A DNA stretch of 41,156 nt from an uncultured Eubacteriaceae bacterium (GTDB lineage: Bacteria; Bacillota; Clostridia; Eubacteriales; UBA1433). Positions 29,030 through 37,939 of the stretch are shown here, one piece after another. Both the position numbers and the translations under genes were made by a program. How positions within the stretch are numbered: the first letter of the stretch is position 1; every line of letters begins with the position of its first letter. Where the stretch lies: assembly GCA_937914785.1 (NCBI GenBank), contig CALGIV010000079.1:1-41156 (forward strand). Reading direction: 5' to 3'. The notes below the pieces were generated by a model. That model saw only the letters and a list, made by a program, of their open reading frames with translations. It ran no database searches and was not told where the DNA came from.

Positions 29030-29917
29030 TTATTCCAGCGGAAATTTTTCAATGATTCCTGAAATTTCCTTCGCACACACCTCGTAATTAAACTCCATCA
29101 GCCAATGGCCTGCGCCCTGCAGCTGAACAAACTTATACTCGTTCATCATATATTTGTGTGCCGTATCAACCCCTGTTTTGCCGCTATAGAGATCCGCTGT
29201 ACCCCAAATATAGAGTACAGGCATCACGACATCACCAAAAGGAATATCTTCTTCAAATTTTTGCATGTCAAGCGCTTGCAAAAACTTTGGCCGATACCAG
29301 TTAATCGTCGCCGTCAGTGCGCCAGGCTGTGTAAACAACGCCTTATACACTGCCAATATGTCTTCAGGAAAGCCTTCAGGGTAGACTGCCCACAGTTTTG
29401 CGTAATGGTTCTCGGCATACTCCCGCTCCGATTTGCCGGGTTCTAAAAAATCGAAAATATACTGGCTCTTTTTACGCTGCGCCGGATCTTTAATGACGAC
29501 TTCGAGATAATCTTTTGTATACGGCGTCGCCAGTGCCGAATATGTCTGAATTCTCTCTGCATAAAGTGTTACGAGCACCCAGCCCATGTTCGCGCCCCAG
29601 TCGTGGCCGACGAGATGAAACTTTTTACCTTCGTCATAATAAGCCGCCAATGCCATCACGTCGCCGGCCAGCTTGCGGTGCGTATAGTGTTCCATTCCGT
29701 CAGGGCGCGCGCCTTCGCTGTAGCCCCGCTGGTCCGGCGCAAGGCAGCGATAACCCTTCTGCGCCATTTCGATCATCAGGCGTTCCCACATTACAGAGCT
29801 TTCGGGAAACCCGTGCAAAAACACGATCAACTCTCCGCCTTTGTTCTCCATCCCGCTTATTCTGCACGAAAAAGTAAAACCATTCGCCTTAAGATCTACT
29901 TGTTGAACTTTATACAC
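29030..29917 (-). CDS. Alpha/beta hydrolase, epoxide hydrolase-like
   Basis: LHGFPES, PDQRGY, GHDWG (Asp nucleophile), INWYR, AGHWL; GTG start after AGGAGG. Confidence 0.9.
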   Translation of the reverse strand: MYKVQQVDLKANGFTFSCRISGMENKGGELIVFLHGFPESSVMWERLMIEMAQKGYRCLAPDQRGYSEGARPDGMEHYTHRKLAGDVMALAAYYDEGKKFHLVGHDWGANMGWVLVTLYAERIQTYSALATPYTKDYLEVVIKDPAQRKKSQYIFDFLEPGKSEREYAENHYAKLWAVYPEGFPEDILAVYKALFTQPGALTATINWYRPKFLQALDMQKFEEDIPFGDVVMPVLYIWGTADLYSGKTGVDTAHKYMMNEYKFVQLQGAGHWLMEFNYEVCAKEISGIIEKFPLE

Positions 29918-30148
29918 TTTTTCCTACCTCCTGTATAATATTGATATCATTCAAACAAAATTGAAACTATCTTTATCTCTTACGCTAAATCCCGCTACTC
30001 TTTAACACCAGACAGCTGATGCTCCCTGAGATAAATGCGCATATATTTGTACTGTTCCTCTTATTTCCTTTTTATGCAAACTATGCTATGATAACCATAA
30101 TCAAAGCGCTTCTATCTGATGATCATCTATTAAGAGAGGACAAAACCT

Positions 30149-30631
30149 ATGTCCGGCACATTCGGTTTTTCTTACGTCGGTTTCATTTATCTGCTGATGC
30201 TTACAATCCCAAACCTGATTTGGACGAAACGTCAGCCGGCAGGCTATCATTATAAAAATGAAAACAGACTACTCCTGTTATGCGAACGCATTGGGCAGGT
30301 ATGTGTAACGTGCACCGCGTTGATCTTTGCCGACTACAACCCGAAAGGCTTCTCACCGTGGAGCCTCTGGCTTATCGCCTCCTTTGTCTTTATGCTGCTG
30401 TATGAAAGTTGGTGGATTCGATATTTTCGAAGGGAAAAAACGCTGAATGATTTTTACAGCAGTTTTCTCGGCATCCCGGTCGCCGGCGCTACACTGCCCG
30501 TTATCGCCTTCTTGCTGTTGGGTATTTACGGCAAAGTAATCTGGTTAATTCTTTCTGTCATTATTCTGGGTATCGGCCATATCGGCCTTCACCTGCAGCA
30601 TCGCAAAGAGAATCGGCCTTCGGCTAAATGA
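30149..30631 (+). CDS. Hypothetical membrane protein
   Basis: 160 aa with about five hydrophobic segments; GAGGA RBS. Confidence 0.75.
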   Translation: MSGTFGFSYVGFIYLLMLTIPNLIWTKRQPAGYHYKNENRLLLLCERIGQVCVTCTALIFADYNPKGFSPWSLWLIASFVFMLLYESWWIRYFRREKTLNDFYSSFLGIPVAGATLPVIAFLLLGIYGKVIWLILSVIILGIGHIGLHLQHRKENRPSAK

Positions 30632-30709
30632 AAACAGGCAATTTGTTTTCGTTTTGATCAATAGCTGCTTTTCATTTTTTGTTATTTTTTTAACGAATTT
30701 ATGACCCCA

Positions 30710-31189
30710 TCATTTAAAAATTAATACCAGCATACGAAGCGCAGAAAGAAGAAACATTAACCCCTGCACGAATAACACGATAGCAACGTATTCAATAACT
30801 CCTTTTACTTTCAGATAACCTTGTGCAATATTGTTTAAAAGGCTGATATCTATCAACATAGTAACCAGAGAAACTGTCAATAAAATTATTGAATGAAAAA
30901 ACAGCTTATAAATAGTCTTATCACTACTGATATCTTTAATAGATTGAAACTTCCGGTCTTCATTTAACGATATCAACAACGTTACGCCCGCCAATTCAAA
31001 TCCCGCGATTGTCGCAGACAAAGATATAACGTCCATGCTTATCAAAGAAGTCAGTTTTTCTAATGGAATAATTTTAGATACATAGATTATTGTGCAAATA
31101 AGTACTCTGAAAACAAATCCAGCGCTCCAATGAAAGAGTGCAAAATATTTCTCGTGATAAAATAGTTTGGTAATCTTTTTCAATGACAT
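30710..31189 (-). CDS. Hypothetical membrane protein (AT-rich)
   Basis: 159 aa with four hydrophobic segments; AAAGGA RBS; upstream TGCTATAAT at 31237-31245. Confidence 0.65.
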   Translation of the reverse strand: MSLKKITKLFYHEKYFALFHWSAGFVFRVLICTIIYVSKIIPLEKLTSLISMDVISLSATIAGFELAGVTLLISLNEDRKFQSIKDISSDKTIYKLFFHSIILLTVSLVTMLIDISLLNNIAQGYLKVKGVIEYVAIVLFVQGLMFLLSALRMLVLIFK

Positions 31190-31305
31190 AATCCTTTATA
31201 TTATTTCACTATTCGACAAAGTCTCTTATGAAAACGATTATAGCATATGCATAAACTATAACACAAGTATAAATGATTTTACGAACCTGCGATTTAACCG
31301 CCAAC

Positions 31306-31348
31306 AAACAAACGACGCAACACAATGAGTATGTTACGTCGTTTGTTT
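31306..31348 (-). terminator. Terminator after pyc
   Basis: AAACAAACGACGCAACA / TGTTACGTCGTTTGTTT long stem. Confidence 0.75.
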
Positions 31349-31384
31349 TATAAGCTTATTTTACTTTTAAGACCGCCTTATCTA

Positions 31385-34300
31385 TTATTCCAACTCCATT
31401 ATCAGCTGGCCTTTTTCCACCGTATCTCCCTGCGAAACGTAAATATGAGAAATTTTACTGTCGTGCGGCGCAAGGATTTCCGTTTCCATCTTCATCGCTT
31501 CCACAACGGCAAGAGGTTGATTCTTTTTCACTTCCTCACCAATTTCAACGTTGATGCGAATCATCGTGCCGTTAATCGGCGGTGAAACCTGGTTTTTATT
31601 GTTCACATCTGCCAGGCGCGTCGACTGCTGCATCGCCGTCGGCTTGCTTTTTTCATCTTTAACATAAACATTCCGTCTGAACCCATTGATTTCATAGATA
31701 AATTCACGATTGCCGTCCTGATCAATTTCCTTACCGATATGAATCAATTTCACGATACAACGAATGCCTTTGGCCACCTCTACTTCCGTTTCTTCGCCAA
31801 CGGCAAGCCCGTTGAAAAACGCGTGTGACTCCATCTGAATATAATCGCCGTAATCGCGCAGGAATGCCATATATTCATCATAGACCTTCGGATACAGCGC
31901 TGCGCTGAGCACGGAGCGCATATTCAATTCCCGGCCGTAACGCTCAAGGTAATCCTTGCGGATCTCGTCAAAATCAACATCTTCAAGCAATTCGCCCGGA
32001 CGCACCGTAATCGGCTCCTGCCCTTTGAGCACAAGCTTCTGGAGCCTTTCGTCAAACCCGCCTTCCGGCTGACCGATCATCCCTTTATAATAGTCGACAA
32101 CCGAATCCGGAAATGCCAGAACTTCCGCTTTCTCATAGATGTTTTCTTTCGTGATGTCGTTTTGCATCATAAACAGCGCCATATCGCCGACAGATTTTGA
32201 AGAAGGCGTGACTTTAACGATATCGCCAAATATTTCATTCGCTTCCTCATACTTTTCAAGCAGTTCTTTAAATTGACCGCCAAAACCAAAGCTTTCCGCC
32301 TGCTTTTTAAAATTCGTGTACTGGCCGCCCGGAATCTCGCTCTCGTAGACTTCCGCCGTCGGCGTAATCATGCCCGATTCAAATTCCGCATACACTTTGC
32401 GCACATCTTCCCAGTAATCACTGAGCAACTGCAGGGCCTCTGCGTCCAATTCCGTATCGCGTTCCGTGTTTTGAAGCGCCGCAACGATGCTGTTCAGGCC
32501 CGGCTGACTTGTCAGCCCGCCCATCGCATTCAGTGCCGCATCCGCAATATCCACACCCGCTTTGCTGGCTTCCAAGACGGAGGCGATCGCGTTGCCGGAC
32601 GTATCATGCGTATGGAAATGAATCGGAATCTTCACTTCTTCTTTCAACGCTTTGAACAGTTCATACGCCGCCTGTGGTTTCAGCAGGCCGGACATATCCT
32701 TGATACACAAAATATGCGCGCCCATCGCTTCCACTTCTCGAGCCTTTTTAACATAATAGTCCAAATCGTATTTCGTCTTCTTCGGGTTTAAAATATCGCC
32801 TGTATAACAAATGCAAACTTCTGCAATCTTGCCATTTTTAAGCACTTCTTCCGTCGGCAATTTCGTCGCTTCAAGCCAGTTCAGCGAATCGAAGATGCGG
32901 AATACATCAATGCCGGCTCTGGCAGACTCTTCTACGAAAGCAGTAACGATATTATCCGGATAGTTCTTGTAGCCAACCGTATTGCAGCCACGCAGCAGCA
33001 TCTGAAACATAATGTTCGGAATGCGCTTGCGCATCCTTTTCAGCCGCGTCCACGGCGACTCTTTTAAGAAGCGGTAGCACGTATCATACGTTGCGCCTCC
33101 CCATATCTCCAACGAGAACAAATCCGCTTCATACACCGATACCGGCCGTGCGATATCCAGCATATCGCGCGTACGCAGTCTCGTAGCGAACAACGACTGA
33201 TGCGCATCGCGGTATGTCGTGTCCGTCAGCAGCAGCTTCTTCTGCCCTTTTACATAATCCACCACTGCTTCCGGCCCCTTTGCATCCAATAGCTGTTTGA
33301 GTCCATCCCGCACTTCAAGCCCATCGATATTTGGAATTATCGGCGAACGATAATCTTTCTTTTCTCCCTGCGTTTTATTGATAATCATTTCGCTGAAATA
33401 CCGCGCCAGTTTTGCTTCCGTATCACGCGTTTTCGGCTCTTCGAACAACTCCGGATGTTCGTCGATGAAAAGCGTGTTACACTCGCCGCGCTTAAATACT
33501 TCGTGCTGCAAAACATTGATCAAAAAATCTTTGTTTGTGCTGATCCCTTCAATGATATGTTCTTTCAGCGCGCGCAGCGCGCGCAGGCGCGCACGTTCAA
33601 ACGTCGTATCCCAGACGATGGTTTTAACAAGCAGGCTGTCGTAATACGGCATAATCTCGGCGCCCGTAAAACCATTGCCGCCGTCTAAGCGCACGCCGTT
33701 GCCCGACGCCGTACGGTACACTTCGATCTTACCCGTGTCCGGCATAAAGTTATTCTTCGGATCTTCCGTCGTAATACGGCACTGAATCGAAAAGCCGCGC
33801 GGCCGGACATCTTCCTGCGTGCGAATGCCGATCGCATCACTGTCCAGGCGGTAACCCTGCGCAATTAAAATCTGCGTTGCAACAATATCGATACCGCAGG
33901 TCATTTCCGTTACCGGATGTTCCACCTGGATCCGCGGATTCATTTCCATAAAATAGTGATTGCCGTTTCGATCCAATAAAAACTCGACCGTACCCGCATT
34001 CACATAGCCGATCGCCTTGGCCAGCTTTACGGCATCATCACAAATCTCTTTACGTTTTTTATCATCGATCGCAAGCGAAGGCGTAAATTCGATCACCTTT
34101 TGATGCCTTCGTTGAATCGAACAGTCGCGCTCGTATAAATGCACGACGTTCCCATATTTATCTGCCAGAATCTGCACCTCGATATGGCGCGGGCTGTCCA
34201 GATACTTTTCCGCAAACACATCGCCGCGGCCAAACGCCTTTTTCGCTTCGCTCGTCGCATTGCGGAATTCGTTCTCCAGCGCACTCGCTTCGCGTACGAC

Positions 34301-34822
34301 GCGCATTCCTCTTCCGCCACCGCCGAACGATGCTTTTAAAATAATAGGATAACCCCATTCTTCGGCAAACTTTTTTAACTCCCCAATATTGGCAACCGGC
34401 TTGGTCGTCCCACCTAAAACGGGAATATCGACGCTCTTGGCAAACTGCTTGGCCGCAACCTTATCGCCAAAGATTTGCATCACATCCGCCGTAGGGCCGA
34501 TAAACGCAATGCCCGCACGTTCACACGCGCGCACAAATGCCGGATTCTCTGCTAAAAAACCATACCCGGGGTGGATTGCATTGACCCGCCTTGCCTTGGC
34601 AATTTCCAGAATCTTGTTGATATTTAAATAAGCGCCAACCGGCGTATCTTCCGCATCCAACATAAAGGACTCGTCCGCTTTACTCCTGAATAAAGATAAT
34701 TTATCTTCTTTAGAATATACCGCCACGCTCTTTAAACTCAATTCACCTGCCGCCCGCATAATCCGAATCGCAATTTCTCCGCGATTTGCGATTAATATCT
34801 TTCTGAACTCCTTTATTTCCAT
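31385..34822 (-). CDS. pyc: Pyruvate carboxylase
   Basis: ANRGEIAIR, HPGYGFLAEN, RDCSIQRRHQK, DTTYRDAHQS, HTHDT, EIPGGQYTN, KVTPSSK and EAMKME biotin site. Start re-called to ATG 34822 after GGGAGG. Confidence 0.98.
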   Translation of the reverse strand: MEIKEFRKILIANRGEIAIRIMRAAGELSLKSVAVYSKEDKLSLFRSKADESFMLDAEDTPVGAYLNINKILEIAKARRVNAIHPGYGFLAENPAFVRACERAGIAFIGPTADVMQIFGDKVAAKQFAKSVDIPVLGGTTKPVANIGELKKFAEEWGYPIILKASFGGGGRGMRVVREASALENEFRNATSEAKKAFGRGDVFAEKYLDSPRHIEVQILADKYGNVVHLYERDCSIQRRHQKVIEFTPSLAIDDKKRKEICDDAVKLAKAIGYVNAGTVEFLLDRNGNHYFMEMNPRIQVEHPVTEMTCGIDIVATQILIAQGYRLDSDAIGIRTQEDVRPRGFSIQCRITTEDPKNNFMPDTGKIEVYRTASGNGVRLDGGNGFTGAEIMPYYDSLLVKTIVWDTTFERARLRALRALKEHIIEGISTNKDFLINVLQHEVFKRGECNTLFIDEHPELFEEPKTRDTEAKLARYFSEMIINKTQGEKKDYRSPIIPNIDGLEVRDGLKQLLDAKGPEAVVDYVKGQKKLLLTDTTYRDAHQSLFATRLRTRDMLDIARPVSVYEADLFSLEIWGGATYDTCYRFLKESPWTRLKRMRKRIPNIMFQMLLRGCNTVGYKNYPDNIVTAFVEESARAGIDVFRIFDSLNWLEATKLPTEEVLKNGKIAEVCICYTGDILNPKKTKYDLDYYVKKAREVEAMGAHILCIKDMSGLLKPQAAYELFKALKEEVKIPIHFHTHDTSGNAIASVLEASKAGVDIADAALNAMGGLTSQPGLNSIVAALQNTERDTELDAEALQLLSDYWEDVRKVYAEFESGMITPTAEVYESEIPGGQYTNFKKQAESFGFGGQFKELLEKYEEANEIFGDIVKVTPSSKSVGDMALFMMQNDITKENIYEKAEVLAFPDSVVDYYKGMIGQPEGGFDERLQKLVLKGQEPITVRPGELLEDVDFDEIRKDYLERYGRELNMRSVLSAALYPKVYDEYMAFLRDYGDYIQMESHAFFNGLAVGEETEVEVAKGIRCIVKLIHIGKEIDQDGNREFIYEINGFRRNVYVKDEKSKPTAMQQSTRLADVNNKNQVSPPINGTMIRINVEIGEEVKKNQPLAVVEAMKMETEILAPHDSKISHIYVSQGDTVEKGQLIMELE

Positions 34823-34971
34823 ACAAAATCCTCCCGGATAAAACTCATTATATAAAAATATAATTCTCAATATTATATCATAAATTCCTCAAAATAAAAG
34901 AGCTAAAAAATAAAAATTCAAAGAAATTTATAATTATGCATCAAAATTTATAATCATATTTTGTAGTGCCA

Positions 34972-34999
34972 TTGACATCGGGATAAAATTTTTTATACT
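34972..34999 (+). promoter_or_regulatory. Sigma-A promoter for the chromate transporter pair
   Basis: TTGACA-N16-TATACT. Confidence 0.6.
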
Positions 35000-35035
35000 A
35001 ATATTTAAACTGGTTATAATTAAGGAAAAGAAAAA

Positions 35036-35610
35036 ATGGACCTTCCGCTAAAAAAAGATTGTTTATCCTCTTTTATTCTACTCTCTATATCAATGCCATT
35101 GCCTTTGGCGGCGGGTTTGTCGTCATTCCACTCTTGCGCAGGCGTTATGTCGACGAATACGGCTGGATCGATGAAGACGAGATGACGGATTTAATCGCCC
35201 TGTCTCAATCGGCCCCGGGCACGATTGCCGGCAACTTCGCCATGCTCATCGGGCATCATATCGCAGGCTTTTGGGGCACACTTGTCACGCTGATCGCCAG
35301 CATTATCCCGGCTACTGTTATTATCACGCTCGTCGCCTGCTTCTACCATACGTTTCATAACAACCTTATCGTTGAGCGGATTATGCGCGGAATGCAGGCC
35401 GGTGTTGTCGCCGTTATTCTGAATCTGGCCATCGAAATGTTCAGCAGGCAACTAAAGATAAAAGAGTGGTTCAGTACCACCCTCCTTTGCGCCGCATTCA
35501 TCACTTCTTATCTGCTCAACATCGATGCAATCTATATCATACTTACCGCCGCGGCCGCCGGTATCATCCATTCTTATTATTTGATTAAAAAAAGAGGACA
35601 ACCGTTATGA
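35036..35610 (+). CDS. Short-chain chromate ion transporter (CHR) subunit 1, 5' end frameshifted
   Basis: AFGGGF, IALSQSAPG and GMQAGVVAVI motifs. The RBS-linked ATG (35036) is out of frame across an A7 run; the in-frame TTG at 35059 has no RBS. Confidence 0.8.
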
Positions 35611-36182
35611 CACTTTATTGGGAAATCTTCCTGACCTATTTTAAAATCGGCCTCTTCAGCATCGGCGGTGGTCATGCCGCCCTGCCCATCGTCCAGGATG
35701 TCGTCGTCAATCAGAAAGCCTGGTTGAGTATGATGGAATTTACCGATATGCTGACCATTACCGAAATGACGCCAGGCCCACTCGTCATTAATAACGCCAC
35801 GTTTGTCGGCAACAAACTGGCCGGCGTTCCCGGCGGACTTGTCGCCACACTTAGCTGTATGTTGCCTTCCTTTCTTATTGTCCTGCTGCTCGCTTACCTC
35901 TACAAACGTTATAAGACCCTGACTGCTGTCAACGGCGCGCTGTACGGCATACGGCCAGCCGTCAACGGGCTGATTGCCGGCGCCGCGCTGTCCTTGCTCC
36001 TCGTCGCCCTGTTCGGCACGAATACACTCCATCAAATTTCCTTTGGGAGTTTTGATTTCATTATGTTTGTCTTAATTTTACTTGCGTTTATTTTTCAACG
36101 CAAAAGAAATGTCAACCCTATTATCATTATTCTTTCCTGCGGTGCAGCCGGGCTTTTCATATACTCGATAATCGGCATATAA
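35607..36182 (+). CDS. Short-chain chromate ion transporter (CHR) subunit 2
   Basis: FKIGLFSIGGG, EMTPGP..IN.ATFVG, GIRPAV; ATGA overlap with subunit 1. Confidence 0.9.
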   Translation: MTLYWEIFLTYFKIGLFSIGGGHAALPIVQDVVVNQKAWLSMMEFTDMLTITEMTPGPLVINNATFVGNKLAGVPGGLVATLSCMLPSFLIVLLLAYLYKRYKTLTAVNGALYGIRPAVNGLIAGAALSLLLVALFGTNTLHQISFGSFDFIMFVLILLAFIFQRKRNVNPIIIILSCGAAGLFIYSIIGI

Positions 36183-36238
36183 AAATGGATGCTTTCACAT
36201 CCACTTATCATTTTTTATTAAAAAAAGCTGTATTACAG

Positions 36239-36598
36239 CTAAACCTTTTTCTGTATCATCGCAATTATTTGTTTGATCAGCTCTCTTCTCGCATCTTCTG
36301 TCCAGTGTTCCAAATTTAAAAACCCGCCCGATAAATTTTCCTTAAGCCAATCTTCTTCCATAAACAAATCAATCAGTTTATCCGGGTCAACATCTTCGTT
36401 TCCGGTAATGATATAACTGATACTGACATGGAATATATCACATAGTTGCACCAACGTACTATAATCCGGCTTTCTTCTGCCCTGTTCATACATGCCAATC
36501 GTACTGGCCGAAAGAGAGACTTTTTTGCCTAACTCTTCTTGGGTTAAATTTTTTTGTTTGCGCAGCTCTCTTAATCGTTCGCCCATATTATCAACCAT
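36239..36598 (-). CDS. XRE-family HTH transcriptional regulator
   Basis: RLRELRKQKNLTQEELG...STIGMYEQGRRKPD...FHVSISYII. Confidence 0.9.
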   Translation of the reverse strand: MVDNMGERLRELRKQKNLTQEELGKKVSLSASTIGMYEQGRRKPDYSTLVQLCDIFHVSISYIITGNEDVDPDKLIDLFMEEDWLKENLSGGFLNLEHWTEDARRELIKQIIAMIQKKV

Positions 36599-36735
36599 GT
36601 CTCAAGCCCCCTTCACAAATCTCGTCGACTTCTCCGAATATACTGATTTTTACATTTATTATAATATACTAAATTTCCGCGAACAACATATCGTGCGATA
36701 AGTGTGGTTAAATAGACAACATGTGTGAACTTTCA

Positions 36736-36769
36736 ATAAAAAAACTCTCTGAAAAAGAGAGTTTTTTAT
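36736..36769 (-). terminator. Terminator after the RR-HK-propeller operon
   Basis: AAAAAACTCTCT-GAAAA-AGAGAGTTTTTT, bidirectional form. Confidence 0.8.
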
Positions 36770-36802
36770 CATTTTATTCATTTGTATATTACTTTGAAAC
36801 GC

Positions 36803-37939
36803 CTATTGTGTCGTAATTGTAAACTTACACCGATAGATATCCGACAGCAGAATCGAATTGGAAGATTCCTGCACTGAGTGCATCGACAAATACAGCGTAT
36901 TGCCCTTTCCCCAGAGTATCTTGCGGTTCGACAACCGAACCTCTGACAATAGCTTCGCAGATGCACCGCTTTCAACCATCATAATGTGAATGTTATAATT
37001 CAACCCGCCTTCCGTTGTGCGCTCACCGTAAACCAGCATCGAGCCCTCGGCATTCAGCGCCACACAATACAGCGAACTGCCGCTATGTAACTCCCTTTTT
37101 TCCCCACTTGCGGTACTGTATGAAAACAATCTGCTTTCCGCCTCATCCACTTCAATATAGACGGCTATACCCGCAACCTCATTTGCATCAAAGTCTATAA
37201 TACTTTCTGCCAACAGCTCCGGTTTTCTGTTCTTCTTAATTGCAAACAAAGATGTTTTGTCGCTGCCATCTTTCTGCGCCGATACGAAAATAATATTTTC
37301 ATCCTGGAAATGACGTATTTTTGTAATCGCGTAATTTTCGCCCATCATCTCGCTCAAATCATACAATAAAACCGGTTCATCGGCACTGGCCTTTCCCAGT
37401 TTAATTTCCCCCTTGCTCGTGCCATAAATCGCCCAGTCACCGGACATAATCACCCCTGTACTGACAAGTTCATCCGGTTTTGATATCCGAACCAGCCGCG
37501 TCTTATCCATCGTCACATATAACAACTGTCTTGCTGTCGCTTCGTTTTGTGTGGATTGCGTGACGTAATAAATACCCGCCATATCCGGCTCAAAACATGC
37601 ACTTACGTGGGTCGCCATATCAAAATTTACGATGGCCGGCTCCTCCGTACTGCCGACTTCATAAACCATCGTCGTCAAATATTCTTTATCGGCAATCAGC
37701 GTGTTGTCCGTTTGTGCAGGTGCAATCAACAGCAAATGGTTCTCTTTTTCGTCAATTTCATATGCCACACCTTTAATGAGGAAATCGTTCGATTTTACGT
37801 TGGCGGACTTTAAGCCTCTGGCCGGTTCATTTTCTATTAATATCGGCACGTCACGCTTGATGTGTATCCGACTGTACACCCCAATGCCTACTACAAATAT
37901 CAACACTACAAATGTCAGTGCAATCCATTGCTTCTTCAT
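36803..37939 (-). CDS. Membrane-anchored extracytoplasmic protein, probable beta-propeller (TolB-like)
   Basis: N-terminal KK plus hydrophobic helix, then repeated short beta-type segments (e.g. FEPDMAGIYY, LNAEGSMLVY, WGKGNTLY); ATGA overlap with the kinase. Confidence 0.6.
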   Translation of the reverse strand: MKKQWIALTFVVLIFVVGIGVYSRIHIKRDVPILIENEPARGLKSANVKSNDFLIKGVAYEIDEKENHLLLIAPAQTDNTLIADKEYLTTMVYEVGSTEEPAIVNFDMATHVSACFEPDMAGIYYVTQSTQNEATARQLLYVTMDKTRLVRISKPDELVSTGVIMSGDWAIYGTSKGEIKLGKASADEPVLLYDLSEMMGENYAITKIRHFQDENIIFVSAQKDGSDKTSLFAIKKNRKPELLAESIIDFDANEVAGIAVYIEVDEAESRLFSYSTASGEKRELHSGSSLYCVALNAEGSMLVYGERTTEGGLNYNIHIMMVESGASAKLLSEVRLSNRKILWGKGNTLYLSMHSVQESSNSILLSDIYRCKFTITTQ

